The notes under the pieces: generated by a model
The model's database searches: none
Seen by the model: only the letters and a program-made list of their open reading frames with translations
What the model was told of the DNA's origin: nothing
Translations under genes and position numbers: made by a program
DNA from: an uncultured Sulfolobales archaeon
GTDB lineage: Archaea > Thermoproteota > Thermoprotei_A > Sulfolobales > NBVN01
DNA length: 64,000 bases
Direction: 5' to 3'
Assembly (NCBI GenBank): GCA_938045815.1
Contig: CALIBI010000007.1
Location: 19,864 to 83,863, forward strand
Shown: in pieces, positions 9,739 through 19,485 of the stretch
How positions within the stretch are numbered: the first letter of the stretch is position 1
Layout: every line of letters begins with the position of its first letter

Positions 9739-10002
9739 TCAACCGCCCTCGTATAATGGCGGCATTAACGTGACTTTATCATTATCCTTTAAGATTTTAC
9801 TTAATGAAGCTTCCTCATCATTCACGAAGACCTGAATTAGGGGAACAGAACCAGCGAGTTCTTTGAGGGATGGTCTCGTAGAACTTAAGAACTTGATTAG
9901 TTCCTCTACGGTAGCATTATCTGAAGGCACATCAACAACTTCCGTGTGAAGACCGATTAAGTCAGCTAAAAACCCTATATAAGTTACTCTCACCTTAACC
10001 AT
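9739..10002 (-). CDS. MoaD/ThiS-family ubiquitin-like sulfur carrier (SAMP-like)
   Basis: 87 aa with beta-grasp pattern (VKVRV..., LKDNDKVTLMPP) and C-terminal GG. Confidence 0.85.
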   Translation of the reverse strand: MVKVRVTYIGFLADLIGLHTEVVDVPSDNATVEELIKFLSSTRPSLKELAGSVPLIQVFVNDEEASLSKILKDNDKVTLMPPLYEGG

Positions 10003-10228
10003 TTTAATCCCTCAGCAGATATTCTTAAATTGTGCTTCTCATACGTTGTTTTTTGCTGGTTTTCGTGCTTAACGACTCCAGTCACGTGACTTGAGATGTT
10101 GCTTACGTCGATACACAGAACTACCGCGAAAATCGGCTCTCACCACCTAAAACTAAAAACAAGTCAAAACTTATAAAATCGCGATATGACATTAAGCTCG
10201 CGTTTATGCGAATTAGTGAGTTTTACAC

Positions 10229-10281
10229 GCTCAGTGCTCGAGTCCCCAATCATTTTTCAGCGGAGTTCAACTCATCATAGC
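10229..10281 (-). ncRNA. Archaeal box C/D methylation guide sRNA
   Basis: Minus strand reads GCT-ATGATGA(C)-GTTGAACTCCG-CTGA(D')-AAA-ATGATTG(C')-GGGACTCGAGCA-CTGA(D)-GC. This is the canonical box order, with 11 and 12 nt guides, ~53 nt length and an intergenic position. Confidence 0.85.
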
Positions 10282-10335
10282 ATGAAGTTATTTCTTTGAA
10301 AACTAATATTTATGTTAAGCTAACTTATGCTGAGT

Positions 10336-11670
10336 TCACGCTCCGGCTATCTTAACTTCCCTGAACTTCAGGGAAGGTGCTGAGACTCCGTATTCTATCC
10401 TTAGATCTTTTCCTACAGCTTCTATGCGGTGCTTAAGTAACTCATAAATATTTGCAGTGATCACCGCGCCCTTAATAGGTTTGATTATCCTCCCTTCACG
10501 TATTAAGTAAGCGTGTGTTATAGTAGCGTTTAAGTGACCGCTTACTGGGTTGGAGAGCCACTCACCTATAGTATCCATCACTAATATACCTTTCTTCGTT
10601 TCACCAATTAACTCGTCTAGTAGTGCCTCACGAGGCATTAAGCGTAGGTGATGTGGTTGTGGTGTAGGAACTGTTGAGAACGTTCTTGAAGCGTTGCCTG
10701 TAGATTTCTTACCTTCTTTTAGGGCTGTGTAGGTATCGTAGAGATACGTTTTAAGAACACCCTTCTCGAAAATAACGGTGTCTCTTGTTGGATGACCTTC
10801 ATCATCAAAAGGTTTAGAACCTAGTGCTTCAGGCGAAGTACCTAAATCTACTATGCTCACGAACTCAGAGACTAATTCTTCTCCTAGTTTCCCACTAAGT
10901 GGAGATCTACCTTGCTGAACATTCAGAGCCGAAATCGCGGGAGCGATCATGACAGGCAGTATGGAACTCACTACACGATTGAGTAAGATTAGTTCGTAAG
11001 TACCGCTTGGAAGTCCCCCCGCATCAAGAAATTCCCTAGCTTTACTTCCCGCCTCAAAACCAACAACCCTAGCTTTTAGCTTCTTAAAGCTTCTCTGCAC
11101 ATCATGCTCGCTATATGTCCCTGTCTTACCCCCCTCATCAACCCTAGCATAAACGTAGAGACTTGATGTAGTTTCAGTTCTGGTTAGAGGACCACCATAG
11201 CAGTTCATGTAAGTGATCTCCACAGACCTGGCTGACACAGCACCCCTAACAGGTCTTGCATTCCTGTAGCCCTCCCTAACTGAGTCGAGAAGTTCCGTAG
11301 CTACCTGACCCAGATCCTCAGGTGTTGCGTACGCGGTGTCTTTATCAAATAGGTTGCCTAGCTGGGTCTGCGAAACATTCTTATTCATGCTAACCCAGCC
11401 AGGGTCTGGAGAACTAACTCTCGCGATAGATATAGCTGAATTTAATGTTTTCTCAATACCTTCGTTACTTAGGTCTTGAGTACCCACGACAGCGACAGAC
11501 TTGTTAATAGTTACTCTCAAACCTAGTGAGGAAAGCTTAGTGGATTTAGAAGCTTCAATTACGTCTGATAAAGTGAGTGTGGTTTCAGAAACTCTCGCTA
11601 GGTATACTTCTACCTCAGAAACGCCTAAGCTAATAGCTCTCTTAATTATTTTTTCTAGGTCCATAATCAA
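10336..11670 (-). CDS. pmbA: TldE/PmbA family protein (pair 1)
   Basis: PFDDEG, STGNASR and APSL motifs; no HExxH; overlaps the upstream tldD by 4 bp. Confidence 0.85.
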   Translation of the reverse strand: MIMDLEKIIKRAISLGVSEVEVYLARVSETTLTLSDVIEASKSTKLSSLGLRVTINKSVAVVGTQDLSNEGIEKTLNSAISIARVSSPDPGWVSMNKNVSQTQLGNLFDKDTAYATPEDLGQVATELLDSVREGYRNARPVRGAVSARSVEITYMNCYGGPLTRTETTSSLYVYARVDEGGKTGTYSEHDVQRSFKKLKARVVGFEAGSKAREFLDAGGLPSGTYELILLNRVVSSILPVMIAPAISALNVQQGRSPLSGKLGEELVSEFVSIVDLGTSPEALGSKPFDDEGHPTRDTVIFEKGVLKTYLYDTYTALKEGKKSTGNASRTFSTVPTPQPHHLRLMPREALLDELIGETKKGILVMDTIGEWLSNPVSGHLNATITHAYLIREGRIIKPIKGAVITANIYELLKHRIEAVGKDLRIEYGVSAPSLKFREVKIAGA

Positions 11671-13055
11671 TCACCACCTACTATCAACTCCTTAATAAGG
11701 ATATGGGGTCCCCCGTCACCCACCCTCACCATTTGAGAGTCTTTGCCGCACCCACCGAAAACTGACGTAGTTATTCTTAGGGCTTTACCTACAGCCTCTA
11801 CACCCCTTAAAGTATCAAGTATAGAGCCAGAAACAACAACTCCTCTTACAAGTCCCCCTAACTCACCACCCCTTATGATCCTCGAAGGTCCTGCAGAGAA
11901 AGTGAAAGTTCCTGCACCAGTATCCACCTGACCTCCACTGCTCCCCCTACCAACTAGGTATAAGCCCTCCTTAACTTCCTTGATCATCTCCTCAAGACTC
12001 CAGTCACCCGGCATCATGAAGAAGTTTGTTTGTCTCACTATAGGCATGTGTGAGAAGTCTTGTGCTCTCCCATTACCCGACACCGGCAGGTTAAGTCGTG
12101 CTGCACTCTCCCTGTTAGTTAAGAAAGACTTGAGCAATCCGTTCTCAACTACAACGGTCCTCGTCTTAAAGCTACCCTCATCATCAAAGGGAACATAATA
12201 ACCTCCTTCAACAACTCCGTCATCAACTATGGTTACTAGTGATGAAGCTACCTCCTCACCGAGCCTGTTCTTAAGTATTGAAGTACCTGAAGCTACTAAG
12301 TCACCTTCTGTTGCATGCCCGAAAGCTTCGTGAAGTATCAGCCCAACCATCTCAGGATCAGCAATAACTTTCATTTTCCCCGCAGGCGGTAATGGGGCTT
12401 TAACTGCTTCTTTAGCGAGTTTACTGACCTCCCGTGCGAATTCTTCCCAGTCTTTCTTCTCAACGAACTCCCATCCTGATACTAGGGATTCCTGGTTAGA
12501 AACTCTCTCCATAGAACCTGACTCAACAGCAATACTGAGGTGTGCTACCCCGATCAAGTAGGACTCATACTCTAGCTCCGCACCATCAGTACTTACTACA
12601 TATCTCCAGTCGTGCTGAATACCAAGCCTACTCACAGAAGATTTTATTCCCTCTATACTTAATCCTGCCTTATTAGCTCTACTCACTAACTCTCTTTTTA
12701 TTTCATCCGAGACTTCCTCCGGTCTAATCTTCCACGAGGACGTATACCTACCCTTACCAGGCTTTCTCTCACCTAGAGTTCCTACCTTCTTAGAAACACG
12801 TGCAGCCGCGATAGCTCTAGAAACTGTCTCTCTAATACTGTCTTTACCTAACTCGTTAGTGGAGGAAAAACCGAAACTACCGTTATAGAGAACCCTAACA
12901 CCTAATCCTGCTCTGTAAGCTTTCGAGAACTCTCTTAAAACACCATTATCAACAGTAACTAACTCGTACGAGACTAGCTGCGTCCTAACTTCAGCATATG
13001 AAACTCCCAGAATCTCGGCTATTCTCAACGCCTCCAGAGCTAAGTCCCTCAACAA
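11667..13055 (-). CDS. tldD: TldD metalloprotease (pair 1)
   Basis: HEAFGHATEGD metal motif, FDDEG, GNGRAQ and C-terminal GCGK. Confidence 0.88.
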   Translation of the reverse strand: MLRDLALEALRIAEILGVSYAEVRTQLVSYELVTVDNGVLREFSKAYRAGLGVRVLYNGSFGFSSTNELGKDSIRETVSRAIAAARVSKKVGTLGERKPGKGRYTSSWKIRPEEVSDEIKRELVSRANKAGLSIEGIKSSVSRLGIQHDWRYVVSTDGAELEYESYLIGVAHLSIAVESGSMERVSNQESLVSGWEFVEKKDWEEFAREVSKLAKEAVKAPLPPAGKMKVIADPEMVGLILHEAFGHATEGDLVASGTSILKNRLGEEVASSLVTIVDDGVVEGGYYVPFDDEGSFKTRTVVVENGLLKSFLTNRESAARLNLPVSGNGRAQDFSHMPIVRQTNFFMMPGDWSLEEMIKEVKEGLYLVGRGSSGGQVDTGAGTFTFSAGPSRIIRGGELGGLVRGVVVSGSILDTLRGVEAVGKALRITTSVFGGCGKDSQMVRVGDGGPHILIKELIVGGD

Positions 13056-13110
13056 CTAATTACACCATAAAAACTATATTACTTAACTCAAATAAATTTA
13101 ACTTCAACGT

Positions 13111-13117
13111 AAAAAAA
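13111..13117 (-). terminator. Oligo-T archaeal terminator candidate
   Basis: T7 run on the minus strand immediately after the stop of 13118..13573. Confidence 0.45.
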
Positions 13118-13573
13118 TTATATAGAGAAACCATAATTGCTAATGTACACGTAGTACGCCACAATACCTAAAACAAGAAACAACATGTTAACCGCGTTAC
13201 TACTAGACCTAAACAACCTGAGAGCTACTGGTGTCTTGATGATTGGGTATAAAGGTCTGAAAGGCATCTTAGTTAGTAAATCACATAGTAGGTGTGTTGT
13301 GAAAGCAATCAAAAACGAAAAAGTTACTACCCTAAAACTAAAACCTAAGTAACTTGCTAGGTAGCCAGCCGCTAAAGAGATTACTAAGCCGAAGAAAATA
13401 TTGTGAGTTATTTTTCTGTGTGGTAATTCAAGCCTTAAATCTATGTCTGGTAGGGAAGAAAGAACTGATGATATAATCAAGATTCTGTTAATTTCTACTC
13501 CTGATAAACCCATCAAGTAAAAGAGGGTTGACGTAATGAGAAGATTAAAACCTAGGTGACCTCTCCAATCCAA
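13118..13573 (-). CDS. Membrane-bound metal-dependent hydrolase (YdjM-like)
   Basis: RGH...LPDID...HRKITH...HLLCD motifs with hydrophobic segments. Confidence 0.8.
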   Translation of the reverse strand: MDWRGHLGFNLLITSTLFYLMGLSGVEINRILIISSVLSSLPDIDLRLELPHRKITHNIFFGLVISLAAGYLASYLGFSFRVVTFSFLIAFTTHLLCDLLTKMPFRPLYPIIKTPVALRLFRSSSNAVNMLFLVLGIVAYYVYISNYGFSI

Positions 13574-13576
13574 TCC

Positions 13577-13930
13577 TCATACCTCGTCTTCCTGATATTC
13601 AGGGGAGGAAGAAACCAACTCACCTCTCAAATATTTTTCGAGTCCTTCCTTGATGGTGCCCTTAAACCCCTGAATAACCTCAATACCTAGAACCAGCAGA
13701 TATGCTTTGCTGAAGTAATCGATCAAATCACAAATCACTACGTTCCCACTCTTCCTTCTTACTACGGATGCAGGAGACTCGTACTCCTTTACGTAGACGT
13801 AACTTGACTCGTTAATACTCCCATCATCAGTTACTTCAACAAAAACCAGATAATGCGCGTCTTTGAAGTTCTCACTAACTAATGATTGAAGACCTTCATA
13901 CTTACTAACCGGGAATGCTATCTTCATCAA
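13577..13930 (-). CDS. NifB/NifX (dinitrogenase FeMo-cofactor) family protein
   Basis: MKIAFPV...VSENF..A.Y..., GIEVI..GTIKEGLEKYLRGEL pattern. Confidence 0.7.
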   Translation of the reverse strand: MMKIAFPVSKYEGLQSLVSENFKDAHYLVFVEVTDDGSINESSYVYVKEYESPASVVRRKSGNVVICDLIDYFSKAYLLVLGIEVIQGFKGTIKEGLEKYLRGELVSSSPEYQEDEV

Positions 13931-14033
13931 TTCTCCTAACCTCTAATATAGGTGTTAGGTAGTAGATTTTAATTTAAACTACCACGTACTAGGTGTTTTT
14001 AATTTCTTACCCCCTACATGCTTAGGGATGTGA

Positions 14034-14804
14034 GTGAAGATATTAGTGTCAAACGATGACGGGTATTTAAGTCCTGGACTCTATATCCTTGCAGAATCTG
14101 TTAAGGATTTAGGTGAGGTTGTCATAACGTCTACGGAGTTTCCTAGGTCAGCTACTGGTCGAGAAATAACTTTTAATAGACCGCTCCGCTTATTAAAGAA
14201 GAAATGGCTTAACTGGTATGTTTACGTGTGTGACGGAACACCTATAGATTCGCTTCACTTAGTTATTGAGATACTTAGGTTCAAGCCTGACATAGTTTTA
14301 TCAGGTATTAACGTTGGTGATAATTTATCGCTTCAACACATATTCTATAGTGGTACCGTAGCCATAGCTATTGAAGCAGCACTCATGGGCATACCTGCAA
14401 TGGCTTTCTCGTCAGACGTGGAAAGTTTTGAAGACTTTGAGCAGGAAGCTTTCAGAAAGACAAGCACAGTAATAGTTAGAAAAATTGTTGAGTATGTTGC
14501 TAGGAAGGGATTACCTACCGGTGTAGACGTGTTATCAATCAATATCCCGGTTAAGTTCAGGAACTGCATACACGTAACGAAAGCTACTAAAATTAGGTGG
14601 GAAGCCTCGTACAAGAAGAGCGTGGATCCGAGAGGTAGAGAATACTATTGGCTAGCTGGTATAAGAAGCGTTGCAGAACCTGAAAGTGATGTAAGCTTGT
14701 TCGAAAGAGGTTGCGTCACGATAACCCCCCTAAAAATAAATCTAAACGTAGATCAGGGAACCCTAGAAAAACTGAGTGAACTCGAAAACTTATTCGAGAC
14801 TTAA
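14034..14804 (+). CDS. surE: 5'/3'-nucleotidase SurE
   Basis: ILVSNDDG, GTPID, SGINVGDN, YSGTV and DPRGREYYW. Confidence 0.93.
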   Translation: MKILVSNDDGYLSPGLYILAESVKDLGEVVITSTEFPRSATGREITFNRPLRLLKKKWLNWYVYVCDGTPIDSLHLVIEILRFKPDIVLSGINVGDNLSLQHIFYSGTVAIAIEAALMGIPAMAFSSDVESFEDFEQEAFRKTSTVIVRKIVEYVARKGLPTGVDVLSINIPVKFRNCIHVTKATKIRWEASYKKSVDPRGREYYWLAGIRSVAEPESDVSLFERGCVTITPLKINLNVDQGTLEKLSELENLFET

Positions 14805-14921
14805 TAATTACAACACTACTAGCATACTACAAGCTCCTACCCCCTGTAAGTAGTGAACCTGCTGTGTAGTAAGTCACGTTAAATATTTGGGTTAGTCACT
14901 ATAGTAATAGGGGTTTCATAA

Positions 14922-15827
14922 ATGTTTAGAGGAATAATAACCCCGATGATAACACCCTTCAATAAGAACTACGAGATAGATTACGTGGCTGTTGAGTGGT
15001 TGATTAATCACTTAATTAAGGGCGGCGTAAACGGTGTTTTCCCGAACTCAACTACTGGGGAATCAGCTAGTCTTTCATTGGAGGAGAAGAAAGAGTTGAT
15101 AAAGAAAGTGATTGAGTTAGTTGATGGGAGAGTTAAGGTTCTGCCAGGTATTGGTGGCAACACTACGTTAGAAGTGGTAATGCTCGGTAAGTTCGCTAAA
15201 GACTTGGGTGCTGATGGCGGCATAGTAATAACGCCTTACTTCTTTAAGCCGACGCCGGAAGAACTCAAGAAACATTATGGTAAGATTGCTGAGTCACTAG
15301 ACTTTCCACTCTTCGTGTATCACTTCCCAGCACTAACAGGGGTTTCTCTCCCAGTACAGGTAGTTAAGGAGCTAGCTCGCGAGTACAGCAATTTAGTAGG
15401 GATTAAGATAACTCATGATAGCCTTACCTACCTCAAGCAAATGATATGGGAGGTTAAGGAAGTTAGGAAAGACTTCTCAGTGTTTTCAGGTCTAGATCAG
15501 TATCTCTTAATTAACTTAATGATTGGTGGTGACGGAGGTGTTGTAGCGTTATCCAACCTAGCTCCCAAGCTCCATAAGAGTATCTACGATGCTTGGGTTT
15601 CAGGGGATTTAGCTAAATCATATAGTCTCTACCTGAAGCTCCTGAAACTTTCTAAGCTAATAGAATCAGGAACCTCAACCATAGCAGCTATTAAAGCAGC
15701 ACTCTCAATAGTGGGAGCACCTATAGAACCCGTTCTCAGACCCCCATTAAGTGAGGAGAAAGCAGATTTTATAATGTTTGCGAAAGAATTATTAGGTGAT
15801 TTCATTAACTATATTTTTAGAGCCTAA
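14922..15827 (+). CDS. Dihydrodipicolinate synthase/N-acetylneuraminate lyase family class I aldolase
   Basis: ITPMITPF, STTGE, PYFF, YHFPALTG and GIK Schiff-base lysine. Confidence 0.85.
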   Translation: MFRGIITPMITPFNKNYEIDYVAVEWLINHLIKGGVNGVFPNSTTGESASLSLEEKKELIKKVIELVDGRVKVLPGIGGNTTLEVVMLGKFAKDLGADGGIVITPYFFKPTPEELKKHYGKIAESLDFPLFVYHFPALTGVSLPVQVVKELAREYSNLVGIKITHDSLTYLKQMIWEVKEVRKDFSVFSGLDQYLLINLMIGGDGGVVALSNLAPKLHKSIYDAWVSGDLAKSYSLYLKLLKLSKLIESGTSTIAAIKAALSIVGAPIEPVLRPPLSEEKADFIMFAKELLGDFINYIFRA

Positions 15828-15832
15828 ACTAC

Positions 15833-16756
15833 TTACTTAGTTTCGACTTTCCTAACATATAGCTCGTTGTCCAAGACAATTAACTCTATAAGGTCCTCGT
15901 TAATTAGCCACGCTATATAGGACTTAAGAGCTGAAACAATCAAAAGATAGTTAATCGTTGTTTGGGTAGCTAAAGCTAATTCTTTAAAAACACGCTTAAT
16001 TAACTCGTTTAAGGAGAGCGTACCATCAGCACTCCTTAAAATCACACTCTTTATATCGGTTATCGTTTTAATGTTTTTACTTACTAGCTGTTGAGCTTCT
16101 TCTCTCTTAAGTATCTTTCCGTGAGAAGGAACTACTACCTCATAATTCTTTAGTACATCAACGTTAAGTTTCTCAAGAGTCTTTAAAGCTTCTTGAACGT
16201 TAAAGTGGTACGGAATCACATACTTCCCTATAACTTCATCAGGAAAGAATGCGTCAGCAGAGAATAACACATTACCAACACCTACACCTATCATCCCAAT
16301 ACTGTGACCCGGTAACTCCTCAATCCTCAAGAAAGGATATTCTTTAATTAACTTACTCACATCATCAACTGGAACACCCTCAGCTTCAATTAAGTGCTTC
16401 CTTAAGATTTCTGGGGGATACGCTCCGTAGAGATATATTGCCTCAGTTAAAGGTAATTCGATGAAAGGTTTCTCGAGAATTGATGAGTAGAAAACCACAT
16501 TACTCCTCTCTAGAATTATTTTATTACCACCTATGTGGTCTGCGTGGGAATGCGTATTTACTACAGCTCTAATCTTCAAACCCATATTTTTGAGTATATT
16601 GAATAATCTTCTTCCATGATCTCTACTAACTCCGGTATCAATAACGAGGCATTCCTCACCTTCAGTCATGATTACGCCTACGTTAGTGCGTCCTTCTAAA
16701 ACATATACATTCGCAGAAACTCGGGCAAGGCTCATAAGCATACCTCCACCTAACAT
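15833..16756 (-). CDS. MBL-fold metallo-hydrolase
   Basis: IDTG, THSHADHIGG, LPGHS and VPSHG. Confidence 0.88.
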   Translation of the reverse strand: MLGGGMLMSLARVSANVYVLEGRTNVGVIMTEGEECLVIDTGVSRDHGRRLFNILKNMGLKIRAVVNTHSHADHIGGNKIILERSNVVFYSSILEKPFIELPLTEAIYLYGAYPPEILRKHLIEAEGVPVDDVSKLIKEYPFLRIEELPGHSIGMIGVGVGNVLFSADAFFPDEVIGKYVIPYHFNVQEALKTLEKLNVDVLKNYEVVVPSHGKILKREEAQQLVSKNIKTITDIKSVILRSADGTLSLNELIKRVFKELALATQTTINYLLIVSALKSYIAWLINEDLIELIVLDNELYVRKVETK

Positions 16757-16867
16757 TATGGAATAGGACTATAAATAGAGCGTTAGGACTTGAAGAAAAT
16801 CTGCGTGATGGGTCAAGTCTTAATAGTTAAGAATCACGTATAGAGTCTTATTTAATAAAAAATTAAT

Positions 16868-18244
16868 TTAGCAGGTTGTGGTACTTAAGTACGTATTAAT
16901 GTCGTTCAGCAAGTTATTGAGTCTGGCTCTAAGCATGTACATTGTTTGAGGAACAGCATCCAATAATTCCTCTACGAACGCTTTCATGGCTTTTAGTATG
17001 TTTAGGTATGTCTGGCAGGGTATTCTTCCGCTATTGTACAACGTATTTAGGGTGATTAAAGATTCTTCAAGAATCGCTATTCTCCAGCTAAGTTTGGCCG
17101 AAGTCGCTACGTAGGTTCCGATTAATCTTCGTACACGTTCTCTGACACGCTCTCTGAGTCTCAAAGCTATTTCTTTAACTTCCTCTAACTCTCTTGATCT
17201 CCACTTAGCTAGACTTTTTAGCTGTTCGAAGAGGGGCTGCACTTCCTCTAACGCGTTGGAGAGTATTAAGAGAGCAGTATCTGGGTCGTTATTTTCTAGA
17301 GCTGTTCTGGCATCGTTAACACTATTCTTCAGTATTGTGGTGATCTCCTCACTCAGGTTCAGGATTTGAGAGTAGGTTGTGTCATTAGTTACATAAGGTC
17401 TCAAACGCTCAATCAAAGCTAGTATGGTTCCCGCCTTCTTAGAAGCAGCGTTGAGATGTTCTATCGCGTTTTCGTAATCTGATGCTTCTATTGATTCAGC
17501 GGATTCGCTAACTATGCGTATTAACGCATTAACTTGACCTACTAAAGATATTAAAACTCTTTCAGTACATACTACGACAACCCACTTAGTTTTTAATTCT
17601 ATTTTTAGTGCTTTATTAACGTTCTTTATAATATTATCGATCTCTACAATGATCTCCTTAGCTCTTGTTATATTGCCTTCAGCAAGTGCTTGCTTGCCTT
17701 CCTTAATTAGCTCGAGTGCTCTAGATATGTTGCTTGAAATCCACTCAGGAACTTCTACTCCTCTCTCAATCAACCAACTCACTGTAGCGTTTAACGACAG
17801 TAAAACTCTTTCTCTCACACGAAACTGAGCCTCAGTTCTCCTTACAGCAAAATCGTCCTTAACTGTCGGAGGTAGGTTCTGAATTACGTAAACATATATG
17901 GGAGTCACTAGTCTGGCAGCCTGAAGAACTTTACTTAAAGCTTCGGTTAGGTTAGTGTTCTTGAGTTCTTTCGCTTCATTTACCAGATTCTCTGCTTCTT
18001 CGAGAAGTGATGTCATGTTATTATCCAGAGATATGTTGTAGGTCTGGACGAAGCTCCTAATTCTAATAATTAGTAACTCAACCCTGGATATCAAGACTTC
18101 TACAGCGTGTTCAGGACCTCTACGAGTTTCTCCAACTGTTTGCGGAGCTTGAGCACTCACTACTATCGAGAAGACTGGAATAACTGAAGCTCCGATAGCT
18201 ACTAACAGAGCGAGAGCCAAGATCTTGTTCTTATAGGTATTCAC
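16868..18244 (-). CDS. Exported, mostly alpha-helical hypothetical protein
   Basis: N-terminal signal peptide (KNKILALALLVAIGASVIP...SAQ) and heptad-like E/A/L/K-rich helical repeats. Confidence 0.7.
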   Translation of the reverse strand: MNTYKNKILALALLVAIGASVIPVFSIVVSAQAPQTVGETRRGPEHAVEVLISRVELLIIRIRSFVQTYNISLDNNMTSLLEEAENLVNEAKELKNTNLTEALSKVLQAARLVTPIYVYVIQNLPPTVKDDFAVRRTEAQFRVRERVLLSLNATVSWLIERGVEVPEWISSNISRALELIKEGKQALAEGNITRAKEIIVEIDNIIKNVNKALKIELKTKWVVVVCTERVLISLVGQVNALIRIVSESAESIEASDYENAIEHLNAASKKAGTILALIERLRPYVTNDTTYSQILNLSEEITTILKNSVNDARTALENNDPDTALLILSNALEEVQPLFEQLKSLAKWRSRELEEVKEIALRLRERVRERVRRLIGTYVATSAKLSWRIAILEESLITLNTLYNSGRIPCQTYLNILKAMKAFVEELLDAVPQTMYMLRARLNNLLNDINTYLSTTTC

Positions 18245-18300
18245 CAGGTCTCACCTCACTAAAGTTCTCTACGTTATTTAATATTAGTAATACTGTGAAA

Positions 18301-18320
18301 CACTACTGCAACACGTTGCA
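18301..18320 (-). promoter_or_regulatory. Shared upstream motif copy 1 (TGTTGCAGTAGTG on minus strand) overlapping palindrome TGCAAC-AC-GTTGCA
   Basis: Exact 13-bp inverted copy of 18665-18677; begins 69 nt upstream of the 18244 start. Confidence 0.55.
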
Positions 18321-18330
18321 AAACACTGCT

Positions 18331-18615
18331 TCAACTCTTAGAACACCTTAACTCATTAATTCTTTCTTCTATCTTCTTTATTCGTTGGCGGAGAGAAGTC
18401 AAGAGTTCCTCGAGATATCTTATCTCCTCCTCCTTACTCGGAAATTCAGGTACTTTAGGAGTTAGCCACCTCCAGTAGCAGCCTCTGAAAACCCATTCTG
18501 ATTTTTCGTAAGGAAACCTCCGAGCTGAAGTAAGAGTTTTAGGCCAGTAACTATATTTCCTCCAACTCAAAACACCCACCCCTACTAAAACACTCATTGA
18601 AGTGTTCTGAAACAC
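18331..18615 (-). CDS. DUF5320-like small coiled-coil protein, possibly degenerate
   Basis: C-terminal PSKEEEIRYLEELLTSLRQRIKKIEERINELR resembles the DUF5320 tail; the N-terminus is atypical. Confidence 0.45.
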   Translation of the reverse strand: MFQNTSMSVLVGVGVLSWRKYSYWPKTLTSARRFPYEKSEWVFRGCYWRWLTPKVPEFPSKEEEIRYLEELLTSLRQRIKKIEERINELRCSKS

Positions 18616-18664
18616 GCATTACTAACAGAGACCTCTACTTCTGTATTGTGAGAGCCTTTTTATA

Positions 18665-18677
18665 TGTTGCAGTAGTG
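18665..18677 (+). promoter_or_regulatory. Shared upstream motif copy 2 (TGTTGCAGTAGTG)
   Basis: Begins 77 nt upstream of ATG 18742, upstream of a TATA-like CTTAAAAG. Confidence 0.55.
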
Positions 18678-18741
18678 ATGAGGTGCGAAACACTTTACTT
18701 AAAAGAAATACTTGATCAGTAAATATGATGGGTGTAGTAAA

Positions 18742-19424
18742 ATGAGTACTAGTCTTAAAGTGTGTTTCCTCATGTTTTTCTTGTTGGTTAAGTTAATCTC
18801 TTATTAGCTAGTACCTACTACGCTATCGCGCAACCAAGCACAATTAATTACTACCTGAATCCAGACGGGTCAGTACTAGTTGAGTTAACTTTCTTAAATG
18901 TTTCGCAGCAAACGATAGAAGTCTTGTTGGAGCAGGGTTTTGACGCGTCAACTCTTCACGCTGTAGACTCGCGGGGTGTGTTCCTACCAGTTGTTGTGGT
19001 AGGGGATAAAGCTCTCGTTAGTGTTATGAGTGATGTTGAGTGGGTTAAGCTCACGTACATAATTCCTGAGAACGCTGAAGTAAGTGATGACGTTGTTTTT
19101 AAGTTTGTGTTGAGACCTCAAGGAGATTGCACCATACACGTGCACAGTGATTTCCTACTACTGACTTTCACTGGTAGTCCAGCGATAGACTTAGTTGATG
19201 AGACTTTATTGTTGGAGTATAGAGGAGTTGATGTAGTGGAGATTACGGTCATACTTCTTCAACCAACTACACAGATTACTACTAGCACACAGACTACTAC
19301 CAGCTTACCTCCAAGTCAGCCCGGAATTGAAAGTAATCTTATGTTAGGTTCGGCAGTTATAGCAACAATTATTTTGGTCTCGGTTATAGCTCTCCTTTAC
19401 TTGAGGGGTAGGAAGCATAGTTAA
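18742..19424 (+). pseudogene. Frameshifted exported, C-terminally membrane-anchored protein (ORF track gives only 18924..19424)
   Basis: ATG 18742 gives MSTSLKVCFLMFFLLV. After a shift near 18789 the 18924 frame continues VNLLLASTYYAIAQPSTINYYLNPDGSVLVE..., which completes a signal peptide. It ends in a Thr-rich linker, a TM helix and a basic tail. Confidence 0.6.
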
Positions 19425-19485
19425 GGATTTTATTTGAGGAAATCATAATTCTAAACCTTCCTGTTCTTGATGGTAGGGTCCTGGG

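Noticed and set aside
14922..15827. Specific call as dapA (lysine biosynthesis)
   Set aside because: No other DAP-pathway genes are nearby and the family includes KDG and other aldolases, so the substrate cannot be assigned.
18676..18720. Second C/D sRNA starting at GTGATGA
   Set aside because: No properly spaced CTGA D'/D boxes follow, and the region is better explained as a promoter.
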